A DNA stretch of 62,846 nt, the filler included, from Chiloscyllium plagiosum (Eukaryota), in NCBI RefSeq assembly GCF_004010195.1. It is 4 parts of one record of this genome, joined end to end, with 100 filler letters (N's around TTAATTAATTAA, not from the genome) between each part and the next. Parts side by side here need not be neighbours in the genome. Positions count along the whole stretch, not along the records: positions 33,654 to 50,990 come from NC_057712.1; positions 51,091 to 62,846 come from NC_057712.1; 2 more parts are not named here. One strand, given 5' to 3'. Under the pieces are notes generated by a model, which searched no databases, had not been told where the DNA came from, and saw only the letters and a program-made list of their open reading frames with translations. How positions within the stretch are numbered: the stretch's first letter is position 1; every line of letters begins with the position of its first letter. The position numbers and the translations under genes are program-made. Positions 50,650 through 62,532 of the stretch are shown here, in pieces.

Positions 50650-50990
50650 ATAGACAATAGACAATAGGTGCAGGAGTAGGCCATTCAGCCCTTCGAGCCT
50701 GCACCACCATTCAATATAATCATGGCTGATCATTCCTAATCAGTATCCTCTTCCTGCCTTATCTCCATAACCCTTGATTCCACTATCTTTGAGTGCTCTA
50801 TCCAACTCTTTCTTAAACGAATCCAGAGACTGGGCCCTTTCTTAAATGAATCCAGAGACTGGGCCCCCACTGCCCTCTGGGGCAGAGCATTCCACACAGC
50901 CACCACTCTCTGGGTGAAGAAGTTTCTCCTCATCTCTGTCCTAAATGGTCTACCCCGTATTTTTAAGCTGTGTCCTCTGTTTCGGCACTC
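50650..50990 (-). mobile_element. Young CR1 3' end with 29-bp tandem duplication
   Basis: MRRNFFTQRVVAVWNALPQ; duplication 50808-50836 / 50837-50865. Confidence 0.92.
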
Positions 50991-51090
50991 NNNNNNNNNN
51001 NNNNNNNNNNNNNNNNNNNNNNNNNNNNNNNNNNTTAATTAATTAANNNNNNNNNNNNNNNNNNNNNNNNNNNNNNNNNNNNNNNNNNNN
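50991..51090. other. Artificial contig spacer
   Basis: 44N + TTAATTAATTAA + 44N. Confidence 0.97.
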
Positions 51091-51182
51091 GCCAACTTGT
51101 ATCCCTCATATCTTCACAGTATCCTTTGTTAGATTTAGAGCTTTAGTTTCAGATTGTAAAATGCAATGGCAAAAAATCTGTC

Positions 51183-53180
51183 TGTGATAAATTTGGATCT
51201 TACACTCCAAGGTGTCAAAGGCACTTCAAACAGACTGTGCCATAATCCCTTATGACTATAAAGATAACAAAGGCCTGACGATCCCCTGCTGAACAGCAAA
51301 CCACACCCCGTGGACTATGTTTCAAACTGCAAATATATTTTGTGCTTTTCTCTTTGAAGAAGGATAGAGATTGAAAAGCTGGTATCAACTCCACTGGAGT
51401 GGTCTAATGGGGCTGAACAATCTTATGACTACCAGCCTGAGTTTGAGTAGCAATATGCTTTGACGCAACAGCTAAAGAACCATGAGGTGGAGGTGGGTAC
51501 TGCAGATGCTGGAGATTAGAGTCAAGATTAAAGTGGTACTGGAAAAGCACAGCATGTCAGGCAGCATCCAAGGAGCAGGAAAATCGATGTTTCGGACAAA
51601 AGCCCTTCATCAGGAATGAGATTGGGAGCCTTAGGAGTGGAGAGATAAAAGGGAGGAGATGGCGCTGCGGCGAAAGTAGCTGAAAGTGCAATAGGAAGTG
51701 GTGTAAAGGTGATAGGTCAGAGAGGAGGGTGGAGTGGACAGGTGGGACAGGTCATGAAAACAGTGCTGAGCTGGAGGTTGAACTGGGGTAAGGTGGGGGG
51801 AGGGGAAATGAGGAAACTGGTGAAATCCACATTGATGCCATGGGGTTGAAGGGTCCCAAGGTGGAGGATGAGCAGTCCTTCCTCCGGGCGTCGGGTAGTG
51901 AGGGAGTGGCGATTACCTGGTCACAACTACCTGGTCAGGTACCTCCCCCCCAATAACCCACCCTCCCCTCCTGGCACCTTCCCTGCCACGGCAGGAATTG
52001 TAAAACGTGCATCCACACCTCCCCCCTCACCTCCATCCAAGGCCTCAAAGGAGCCTTCCACACCCATCAAAGTTTTACCTGCACATCCACCAATGTAATT
52101 TATTGTATCTATTGCTCCCGATGCGGTCTCCTCTACATTGGGGAGACTGGACGCCTCCTCGCAGAGCGCTTCAGGGAACATCTCCGGAACACCTGCACCA
52201 ATCAACCCCACCGCCCGTGGCCAAACATTTTAACTCTCCCTCCCACTCTGCCGAGGACATGCATGTCCTTGGCTTCCTCCATCACCAGTTCCTCACCATC
52301 ATGCCTCATCTTCCACTTCGGGACCTTTCAATCCCACGGCATCAATGTGGACTTCACCAGTTTCCTCATTTCCCCTCCCTCCACCTTACCCCAGTTTCAA
52401 ATGTCCAGCTCAGCACAATCCTCATGACCTGTGCCACCTGTCAATCTTCCTTCCCACCTATGCACTGCACCCTTCTCTCTGACCTATCACCTTCACCCCC
52501 ACTTCCATCCAGCTCTTGCACTCTCAGCTACCTTCTCCCCAGCTCCACCCCCCTCCCATTTATCTCTCCACCCCCGAGGCTCCCAGCCTCATTCCTGATG
52601 AATTTCCTGCTCCTCAGATACTGCCTGACCTGCTGTGCTTTTCCAGCACCACTCTAATCTTGAGCCAAAGATCAATTGTCTAGTTACCCTTGTGTGCAGG
52701 TTAGGACTGTCTCTAATGCTGAGTGTTGGTGTCAACAGCACATCTGCCAAACAGAAGGGAACCAGGACATTGAAAGGATTCTCTCTCACCCTGAATATAT
52801 CATCACAGTTGAAAGGAACTGGGTTTACAGAATTTCAACCGATTTGTGAAACTGACTTTCAACTAGCAAGGCAATTACCACAACATTCGACTATTCACTT
52901 TTTCCAAACAATTCAAAGATTGATCCATGTATCTATTTTTGGACTCACCTCTTATTTCTAGTCTGTGGTTATATGTGCTGTGCTAGCATATCTCAACAAA
53001 CATTGTAGTTAATAAATTCATTTTCTCTCTTTCATAATAGTCTGGATAAACTAGCTAATTTTAAAGTATAACTTTATTTGGGTGTGGGAGAATAGTATCC
53101 ATAAACAAATGAATCCCTTTTACATGAGTACTGTTGTAAACAATTGAGCCAGTTTACTCCCCCTCATCCAAGACCTTAAC
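51183..53180 (+). mobile_element. Possible LTR hosting a Penelope-like insert
   Basis: TGtgataa...aataaa...ccttaaCA. Confidence 0.3.
51495..52665. mobile_element. Penelope-like element with inverted 5' copy of its 3' end
   Basis: Minus arm 51495-51912; plus arm 51913-52665 with VIYCIYCSRCGLLYIGETGRLLAERFREH (GIY-YIG). Confidence 0.9.
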
Positions 53181-54807
53181 AGTTTGGGTTATCCCTTCAG
53201 AAATCATCATGAATTTGGGGAACATCACCCACCGTCAAGTCATTAGTCTACTTATAGTTTTGTAGTTTTTGACTTTTTTATTTTTATTGTTGTTTTCACA
53301 TTTACACTGTCTTTATCATTTTCATAATTATTGATTGCACAGTTTTCACAGTTTTATGGGCTTGTATCACTCAGATGTTTTGCACTATATGATATGCTTA
53401 AAAATTCAGTTACATGCATTATAATTTACTTTCTATCACTCTTTTGTGCTTTTCAAATATACAGGCTGTTGATTGCATTTGATATCAATTGAAGTCAAAT
53501 GATACCTTTTGGAAACTTCCTAGAGCACTTCATTTCAATAGCTTTGAGAGCCTTTGATGCCTCAATTAAGAGTAACTATATGTTATCGAGAACTTTGAGC
53601 CTTTGACAGTAGATTCCTACTGCCTCTTTGATATCTACAAGTGCAATCTATTCAGGACATTTGATAGCTGCATTATTTGTAAGAGCAATGAAAGAAAATT
53701 GATATTGAAATTTTCTGATTGAGCATCGTACAGCTTCAAAGCTGCTACAAGACTGGAAATAATTCAGAGCTGAATCCTATCAATGCTTATCTTCAGTTTT
53801 CTTCCCTTTCTATAGTTGTGCATGTTTAAAACTCTAGCTAGGTGTTAGTACATTTTGATAAACAGTCTGTCAATGTGGGCTTTAATCTACTGACTTAATT
53901 TATGATTAATAACTTTTTAAATTAAAAAATCTACCCCGACTTTAACCCTTGTTCTTTATATGTTCCCTGGACATGTCATAAAATTGAACTAGAAGTGAGA
54001 CACAGAATGTAACCAGGGACCTAGGAGGCTACATCAGCTTTCATTCCATAAGCATAATGACCCAGGCTTTACTTACGGCCGAGTGGGAAAAGGGAAATGA
54101 AAGAAGGAAAAAAGACATTTGATTTCTTGTGGAGAAGCCCAAAATATAGTTAGAAATCTTATCCATTCTGAATGATGACACATGAAATGGACTTTTCCAT
54201 TACAAAGGTTTCTAACACTCCTTTAAACCTTTGCTGTCACTTGAAATAAAGATAATTGCATGCCACATTTTAAATATAGTTCCTGATCTTAGGACATTAT
54301 CTGGTGAGAACTACAGCTTTCAGAACTTCTTGTGTGCCAGAGGGCAGTTTTCATAGTACAAAAGAAGTACTTTCATGTAAAAAATGTATTGGAAGAATGA
54401 ACTTAGTAAAATATTCATTTCTTTGCATTGAAAATAAATAGTTGGTTCAAAATTTAATCAGTTCAAGTTAAGTTGGAGACTAAACAATTTCTGGAGTGAT
54501 CAACCAGAAGGAAAGAAAATGTAAAGTGTATAAAGTGACAGACAAGGAAATCTCAGGCAGACACGGTAACCTCTTGGTGGAGGTTAATTAGGTTTGTATG
54601 AACAGGGCATCTCATTTCAATACTTATTAAAGTGCCTTGAGGCAATAGACTTCTATAAGCTGAAAATCTTACTAGCACTAGAACTGATCATTGTGAAACT
54701 CAAAATAATTAATATCTGAAATAAATTGCCAACAAAAAAGGCCTCTTTGCATCTTAAATTTGAAGTCTGGCTAATTATTCTCTCTACAAGTAGCTTGCAC
54801 TTTTCTC

Positions 54808-55158
54808 ATAGAATCATAGATTCCCTACAGTGTGGAAACAAGCCATTTGGCCCAACAAGTCCACACCGACTCTCCGAAGAATAACCCATCCAGACCCATT
54901 TTCCCAACCCTATTACTCTACATTTCCCATGACTAATGCACCTAACTTACACATCCCTGGACACTATGGGCAATTTAGATTGGCCAATTCACCTAACCTG
55001 CACATCTTTGGACTGTGGGAAGAAACTGGAGCACCCAGAGGAAACCCACGCAGACACTGGGAGAATGTGCAAATTCCACACACACAGTTGCCCGAGGCTG
55101 GAATCGAACCTGGTGCTGTGAGGCAGCAGTACTAACCAATGAGCCATCGTGCTGCCCT
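54808..55158 (-). mobile_element. Full-length V-SINE (HE1-like)
   Basis: Same architecture as 42768-43115. Confidence 0.9.
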
Positions 55159-56202
55159 TTATGGGGTATTTTTTAAAAAAAACTTTTAAGACTTTAAAAA
55201 TCTTGATCTCAGGAACATATCTGACATGTAATGTGTTTCGCCTTCTGTCAATTGCCCAGTGAATAATGGGGGCTCATTAGTGCCCATTTATTGCATGTTG
55301 TGTGCTCTCTGATCTGTTCAGAACAGCATACATGGTGTACATGTGCTCTATTCTGAGGCACACTGGGTGCCAAGTTGGTAAGTGGGTTAGTATGTACTCA
55401 GTTACATTTTCTGGGGGCAGATTTGGTTTGTCATTTAAAGTACAATGCTGATTTGATGCCATTTTGAAGTTCTGTGTTCCAGTTGACACCATCTCAATGC
55501 TGTACTGTTGAATATAAAACTGACATTAAACTGGAGTAGGTAATATTTTAAAAAAAACCTAGATAATCTAGTTAGGGTTAGAAATCCTCTATCCAACCCT
55601 GATTCAATTACAAATTTCCCATTTGCTTCAGGATGGCTTCTGTGTCGGAGATTTCTGGATAGGTATGAACTTTTTCTGGAGTCCATCTTTCCAGCACCAA
55701 AGAAGGTCTTTGTAGAATCTATGCTCCCCTTTCAATTCACTTTCTGCCATATACTTCTTCAATGTTCAGCAGCCATTTCGGCAGCGACAGTGAAATGGTA
55801 AGTTTGTAAGGTGAATGAGGGAATGAGTTGAGAGGCAGTGGAAGAGCAGGGACTCTCAGTGAGGGGGCTAGGGTGACATGGTGAGGTGGGTAGGGTGTAA
55901 GATGAGCAGAATGCTAGGTAAGTGGTTTTGTGATTAAGCTAATGTTGGGATAAGGTCAGTAAGGTTATCAAATTGCATGGGAGCACTGTTGGGTCTGAGG
56001 GGCAGGTTAATTCATGACTCGTTAGAGGGGTGTTACCTTGAATTGCAGTCGGGTTGATGTGGTTTTCGGGTCAGATTGGGGAAATTCAGGTCAGGATGTG
56101 TTCGGTTTGGGCTGGGAAATGGGATGAAGTGTTGGGTTGGATCAGGTTTGGTGAGGGTGAGTGATATCACATTTGGGTTGAATCTAGGAGGGTGCCAGGT
56201 TG

Positions 56203-56445
56203 GATTAGATTAGATTAGATTCCTTACAGTGTGGAAACAGGCCCTTCGGCCCAACAAGTCCACACCAACCCTCCGAAGAGCAACCCACCCAGACCCATTC
56301 TCCTACATTTACCCTTGACTAATCCACTTAACACTATGGGCAATTTAGCATGGCCAATTCACCTAACTTGCACATCTTTGGACTGTGGGAGGAAACTGGA
56401 GCACCTGGAGGAAACCCACGCAGACATGGGGAGAATGTGCAAACT
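56203..56445 (-). mobile_element. V-SINE 3' part
   Basis: (TAATC)n tail, seen as attag repeats, plus V-domain. Confidence 0.88.
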
Positions 56446-56671
56446 TGAAGAAGATTGGATTAATGTGGGGTTGTCTGGTTGGTTGTGGGCAGGATGTTGT
56501 TGGATTGAGGGGGATTTTGTGATTGGTGGGGTGTTGTGTCCAGTGGTGTTCCATTGTGTTGGGAGTGTATTGTGTTAGCTCATGTAAGCAATGGGTGTTG
56601 GGCTTTGGGGAACTGGAGATGTCTGGTTCAGCAGGTTTGGAGTCTGGCAGGTGGGAGTTAGTATCAACGAG

Positions 56672-56800
56672 GTAAAAACAATGACTGCAGATGCTGGAAA
56701 CCAGATTCTGGATCAGTGGTGCTGGAAGAGCACAGCAATTCCGGCAGCATCCGATGAGCAGCAAAATCGACGTTTCGGGCAAAAGTCCTTCATCAGGAAG
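56672..56800 (-). mobile_element. Family-A Penelope-like terminus with near-intact hammerhead
   Basis: Minus strand ctgatgaaggacttttgcccgaaacgtc. Confidence 0.8.
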
Positions 56801-57033
56801 TTAGTGTCAGGCAAATGTCGGAGTTTGGGGGAGGTGTAGTCAAGGGGTGGGAATAAGTGGTGAGTTGATGTTTACTTTACTAGTTACTCAGGAATTAGAA
56901 CAGATTTTAAATTTTCCAAGGTAAATGTTCCATCAGTTAGATCCTCAAAGTTCTCCGACTACAAGAGGCTTTATTGAATGGTTCCAGACACAATAATTTT
57001 CTGGTGGAAATTTCGATTTTCCAGTTTGAATTT

Positions 57034-57583
57034 TCACAGAGCAGAGTCAGCTCTGCGGGGTCACAGAGCAGAGTAGGCTCTGCGTGGTCACAGAGCAGAG
57101 TAGGCTCTGCGTGGTCACAGAGCAGAGTCAGCTCTGCGGGGTCACAGAGCAGAGTCAGCTCTGCGAGGTCACAGAGCAGAGTAGGCTCTGCGGGGTCACA
57201 GAGCAGAGTAGGCTCTGCGGGGCCACAGAGCAGAGTCAGCTCTGCGGGGTCACAGAGCAGAGTAGGCTCTGCGGGGTCACAGAGCAGAGTCGGCTCTGCG
57301 GGGCCACAGAGCAGAGTCGGCTCTGCGGGGTCACAGAGCAGGGTAGGCTCTGCGGGGTCACAGAGCAGGGTAGGCTCTGCGGGGTCCCAGAGCAGAGTAG
57401 GCTCTGCGGGGTCCCAGAGCAGAGTAGGCTCTGCGGGGTCCCAGAGCAGGGTAGGCTCTGCGGGGTCACAGAGCAGAGTAGGCTCTGCGAGGTCACAGAG
57501 CAGGGTAGGCTCTGCGGGGTCACAGAGCAGAGTAGGCTCTGCGGGGTCACAGAGCAGAGTCAGCTCTGCGTGGTCCCAAAGCA
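57034..57583. repeat. 27-bp minisatellite, 20 units plus a partial
   Basis: Consensus tcacagagcagagtaggctctgcgggg; no indels between units. Confidence 0.97.
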
Positions 57584-57699
57584 CAATTCCAGTCTATGCT
57601 GCTCCAACAACTATCTCTCCTACACCTTGCATTAACAGTGCACAGCTGGATAAGGGAATTCATTGAGGTTTTCTATTCAGAGATGCATAACTTTATTTC

Positions 57700-58050
57700 A
57701 GAAATGGATGGAGCTGGCATCAGGATTTGCAAGAATGGCAAGCGTTTTGATGTGCGTGGTGCCATTGGTTGCATGTATGCTACTTTGTATTCACCTTATC
57801 TCAACCCTGCCATTTGCAGGCATTGAAGAAGATTCTTCTCCAGTGGTGCATGACCACAGGCAAGAGCTTCAATGGCTGGTCTCCTGGCTGAAGACTCGCT
57901 TTCATTCCTTGGCAGTTCATTTCAGTCGCTGTGACAAACCAAGAGCTACCGAGTGATGAGGGCTCTCCTTTATGGTGAGCTGTTGCATGCATCATGAGGG
58001 AACAGCCCTTTCCACTAACAATCTGTCAAAACCGAGTTGCACGAACATGA
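57700..58050 (+). mobile_element. Harbinger/HARBI1-type transposase remnant
   Basis: Frameshifted GFARMA / VRGAIGCMY...RRFFS / VVHDHRQ, resembling FxxIAGFPxVxGAIDCTH...GFHSxNVQxVCDH. Confidence 0.55.
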
Positions 58051-59640
58051 GGAAGACAAGGTGGAATTGGAAAATGGCGAAGAGGCAGAAGTAAAGCGGA
58101 ATAAGGGAAAGGAATGTGCCACCTAAAAGAATGTGACCCATTTCATCCAAGTCGTAGTGAAGAAATAATTTGAGCTCTTTACCAGTAACTTTATTTCTAA
58201 CTCCCCATTCACAAATGGTCTGTCAACCCTCTATACTTGACCATTACAGAGACATCTTGATGACGGTGCACAATTAAAATCAATAAAATGAACAATTACC
58301 AAACCAAATTGAAGGACAAATTGCTGGATTGATGTGATATCATGGAAAACTGTTTGAACATTTGCAATTATAATAATGATCACCACAGTCTGAGCTCTCA
58401 TTGCAGAACTCACATTTTGGATGGTGTTGGTAATTGGAACCCCTATAAAAGTGAATTTTTCTAGTTAATTACTGTGTAATATTAGACATTATTTAATTGT
58501 TACTCCAGTAATTACTTCAATTTTCCAAATATTAACAATTTTTTGAACAAGGATGAAAGGTCAGGGGAAGATAATGGTTAAAAGGCCACCAGGCGACTAA
58601 TGCTTGGGGCCCCAAGTTGTTTAAGAGAAATGAAAAGGTTTGTTCTTAGGAAATATGAAGACTGACCTTATGATGAAGATGGGCAAAAGGACAGTGATTA
58701 TTCTGATATTGTTGTTCTGTTTGCATAATGTAAAATGATTCAGACAAAAGATTGACACAGTGCAGATTGCCTGAAAAAGAGGGTATAACAACAAGCGCTG
58801 GGTGTCAGAGGACAATCCTTATCTGGTGAGAGTACTCATCAGACCTTTGTCATCTTCAGCTGGAAGTTGGTGTGATATTATAAACTTCAGAACTTTAATA
58901 ATTGTTCATGGATTGAATGAATCAACAAAGATAAACTTATGCACAGAAAGTAGTTGCAAGATCTCTGTCTGATTGAACTATTAAGAGACAAAGACAAACT
59001 TATACATGAATGGAACGCAACTAACCATGTCTGGGAAATTAAGGACTCAAGACATCTGCTTGTTAACTGGCTGTTTTATTGCCACAAATGATTGCCCTGC
59101 AGAAGAATTTAAGGAAATAACTGCAGGAAAGTGTGTCTTCACACATTCAGTCAATGCCAAAAGTAACAAGGAACAATGAAGCTACTTCTGATAAGAAAGC
59201 AAGCTGCAGACTTGCAGTAATCTGGATGAAAACACTCTAAAGAATCATCAATAGTAACCTGAAGGACAAAAGCTTGTATAAGAATCCAACACAAGAACCC
59301 TTCATTTGCAGAGCTCTGGAGAACATCTTTGCATAAGGATTGAACCCTGGACACATCTAGAGACAGACACTGTTAGTTGAATCATGGCCGAGTTCCACCA
59401 TTCATCAGGTAATAGCCAAGTTGAGTTGTCCGGTTTAACTTGCTTACTTGAGGGGTCTTATTTTGGTAACTACATGCGATCAAGTTTAAATCATTGTTTC
59501 AGTACTTGATTGTCTTTGAGATTACTTAGCAAGTAGCTAAATTAAAACCAATTTGTGATTTACCCACAAATGTGGACCAGAACAGGAGGGGGGGAAAGAC
59601 ACAGGAAAGCGATTTGCTAGAGAGAAGCATGCTGCCTTCA

Positions 59641-59807
59641 CAAAATAAAAACCAAAAGAATTGCGGATACTGTAAATCAGAAACAAAAAAAAGAAGTGGC
59701 TGAAAAACTCAGCAGGTCTGGTAGCATCTGTGAAGACAAATCAGAGTTAACATTAAAGTAATCAACATTAACTCTTCACAGGTGCTGCCAGACCTGCTAA
59801 GCTTTGC
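59641..59807. mobile_element. Fold-back Penelope-like insertion (old family)
   Basis: 13-bp TSD catgctgccttca at 59628-59640 and 59808-59820; inverted cagcaggtctggtagcatctgtg. Confidence 0.75.
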
Positions 59808-60399
59808 CATGCTGCCTTCATTGATTTCACAGTATGAAGAGGCCATGCTGGAAAGAATAAGGGATGAGGTTTGTGCAAAACCTTGTGCCAGGTTGGTTCG
59901 AGGTACCACCATTTTCTTTGACATCGAATGCAGGCTTTCTGCAAGATTTCCAATGCATGAAGCATTTTGTTGTGTACTGATCAGAATTTTCATCAAAGGT
60001 GTTAAAAGTGTTGACCTCTCCATCGGATTGAACCTGCTGCCTTCAGTTATGCATTGTCTTCTCCTGCAAGATTGTGGAAAAGTGTTAGTGAGTATTATGC
60101 ATTATACTTGGAAAATATGGTTATCCTGATTGAAAAGCTTGAACTGTATGGAGCTGCATGAAACTTGTGACAATGCCATGTGTGTCGAAGTGAGAGAAAG
60201 CACTTGTATATCAAATGTAAGCCCTGATGGCTCAAGATTGTTGGTAATTGAATGTTGTGGGTTGTTATGAATTGAGAAAAAAGTGCAATTGGTGCCCTAA
60301 GTTTTCTGAAGATACATCCACTGATCTTGACCACTCATATGAGGTCATTTAACTTGTTGTCTGAACTTCTAATGGTCCCTCAATGTGTTTGTCAGCTTT

Positions 60400-61595
60400 T
60401 AATACTGTGAGCAATTTTGGACCTCACATCTAATAAAGGATGTGTTGACTTTGGAGAGGGTCCAGAGGAGGTTTACAAAAGTGATCCAAGGGATGTCACG
60501 TTTGTCATATGACAAATGGTTGAGGACTGTGGAATCTGTATTCAGTGGAGTTTAGAAGGATGAGTGGGGGATCTCATTGAAACTTACAGAATACTGAGAA
60601 ACCTGGATAAAGTGGGCGTCAAGATGATGTTTCCACTAGGAAGAGAGACGAGGACTTGAAGACACAGTCTCAGAGTTAAGGGATGGCCCTTTAGAACTGA
60701 GATGAGGAGGAATTTCTTCATCCAGAGGGTGATGACTCTGTGGAACTCATTACAGCAGATGGCTGTGAAGGTGTACTGTTTAGCTTCTAAATGATACATA
60801 CAAACCAGACCATTAAGGGTTAATCATTAAGAGTTAATTGCTCATAGCAAGATGCATTTGAAGGGAAATAGAAATGTACATGAAAAACAAGGCTAATGCA
60901 GAAACAGGTCATTTTGGCTGGGAGGCAACCAGATGACATTGAATTGTGAGAACTGTCCTTTGGGGCCAACACATGGGGCTACCTGAATTTGGTTCTCAGC
61001 CTGTTGAAGGTTGGAAAATTACTGCAGTCATTATGATATAGAGATTCAGCATGTAATATTAGAATCAGAACTGTATTGATATCAGGGACTTTGCCCCACT
61101 CATTGGACTTTTCACCATTGGACTGGGATTCATGAGACCAGTGCCATTGAATTTGTGATATAGTTCCAAGTGATATGGTCCCCAAAGTCCCCAACTGATA
61201 GAAGGTAGTGTGAGACTCACTTGTTTCGTTGCAAATATATATTGGGGAGTTTAAGCTAATTGATTCACTCATTAGTTTGAATATATTTCTAATATATGCT
61301 AAGTATATTAAACTAATAGGTAATAATTTGCTTCATATTGAAATGCATGTCTTCTTGTAACCATTTTGATCAGACCTTAAAGAACCTGTCAAGAACTTTC
61401 AATCTAATGATACTGGAGGCCAAGTCATTGAGTGCATTTAAGACAGAGATAGATAGGTTCTTGGTTAGTAAGGGGATTACGGATTATGGGGAGAAGGCAG
61501 GAAAGTGGAGTTGAAAAACATGTCAGCAATGATTGAGTAGCAGAGCAAATGTGATGGGCTGAATGGCCAAATTCTGCTGCTGTATCTTATGGTTT
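60400..61595 (+). mobile_element. CR1 3' part split by a 643-bp solo-LTR-like insert (60772-61414)
   Basis: CR1 reads gctgtgaagg|...|ggaggccaagtc; insert starts TG; candidate 5-bp TSD gaagg/ggagg. Confidence 0.7.
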
Positions 61596-62181
61596 ACGAG
61601 GACAAACACCACATGTGATGCAGGCCAAGGTGAGGCTCTGCAGTGACCGAGACTGAATTGCAGGATCAAAATGTGACGGATTTTCCTCTTGATGCTATGC
61701 CACCCCAACTTCTGCCATCCAGCTTCCTTGGGTTTAAATTCAGCCCAGGCTGTATGGTCTGTATGAAAGTTAATGATTCCATTGTACTTAAGGTTCAACC
61801 TGGTTTGACAGGTTGAACTTCCTCCTGCCATCACCCATTATTGACTGGCTCCACTGACTGACTGCTAGATGTTGATTAGCTGTAGCATGAAAATCCCTGA
61901 GGATGTCCCACCACAGTCTCCCTATGCAGCAGAGTGATCTGAACCTGACCACCTGGTATCAGAATTTCCTTTCAATTAACAGGAACAAAAGAAAGTGTAA
62001 CTCTGTCCTTCAAACCCATGATTTCCCTATTTTCGTTTTGTAAACAAATACTTTAAAATAAAATGAAAATGGTCTTCTTCACACATTTCACTCTCACTCT
62101 TTATAAAAAAAAGTCCACAGCTGCTCCCAGCTTCCATGGGGTTTGGATTTCCCCTTTCACAATGTAGAAAAGTCATTTATA

Positions 62182-62520
62182 TACAATAGGTGCAGGAGTA
62201 GGCCATTCTGCCCTTCGAGCCAGCACCACCATTCATTATGATCATGGCTGATCATCCTCAATCAGTATCCTGTTCCTGCCTTATCCCCATAACCCTTGAT
62301 TCCACTAGCCTTAAGAGTTCTATCCAACTCTTTTTGAAAGTATCCAGAGACTTGGCCTCCACAGCCTTCTGGGGCAAAGTATTCCATACACCCACCACTC
62401 TCTGGGTGAAGAAGTTTCTCCTCAACTCTGTTCTAAGTGGTCTACCCCTTATTTTTAAACTGTGTCCTCTGGTTCGGGACTCACCCATCAGCGGAAACAT
62501 GCATTCTGTGTCCAATCCTT
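62182..62520 (-). mobile_element. Young CR1 3' end
   Basis: MFPLMGESRTRGHSLKIRGRPLRTELRRNFFTQRVV. Confidence 0.93.
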
Positions 62521-62532
62521 TAATAATCCTTT

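Larger units (their letters stand above)
55575..57593. mobile_element. TIR-element family copy 3, hosting a SINE, a PLE fragment and a minisatellite
   Basis: ctcccctttc...ttcaatgttcagcagcca...gtaagt and tagttactcaggaattagaac shared with copy 1; ends acaattccagtc, similar to aaaattcaggcc in copy 1. Confidence 0.5.

Noticed and set aside
57034..57583. CRISPR array or V(D)J RSS cluster (cacagag)
   Set aside because: No unique spacers or cas genes, eukaryotic context, and no RSS nonamer at 12/23 spacing.
56937..57666. Long repetitive ORFs (215, 230 and 183 aa) as a novel repeat protein
   Set aside because: A 27-bp unit without stops opens several frames on both strands automatically; no splice or homology support.
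58871..59567. Solo LTR (TG...CA)
   Set aside because: No matching TSD and no second copy in the window.
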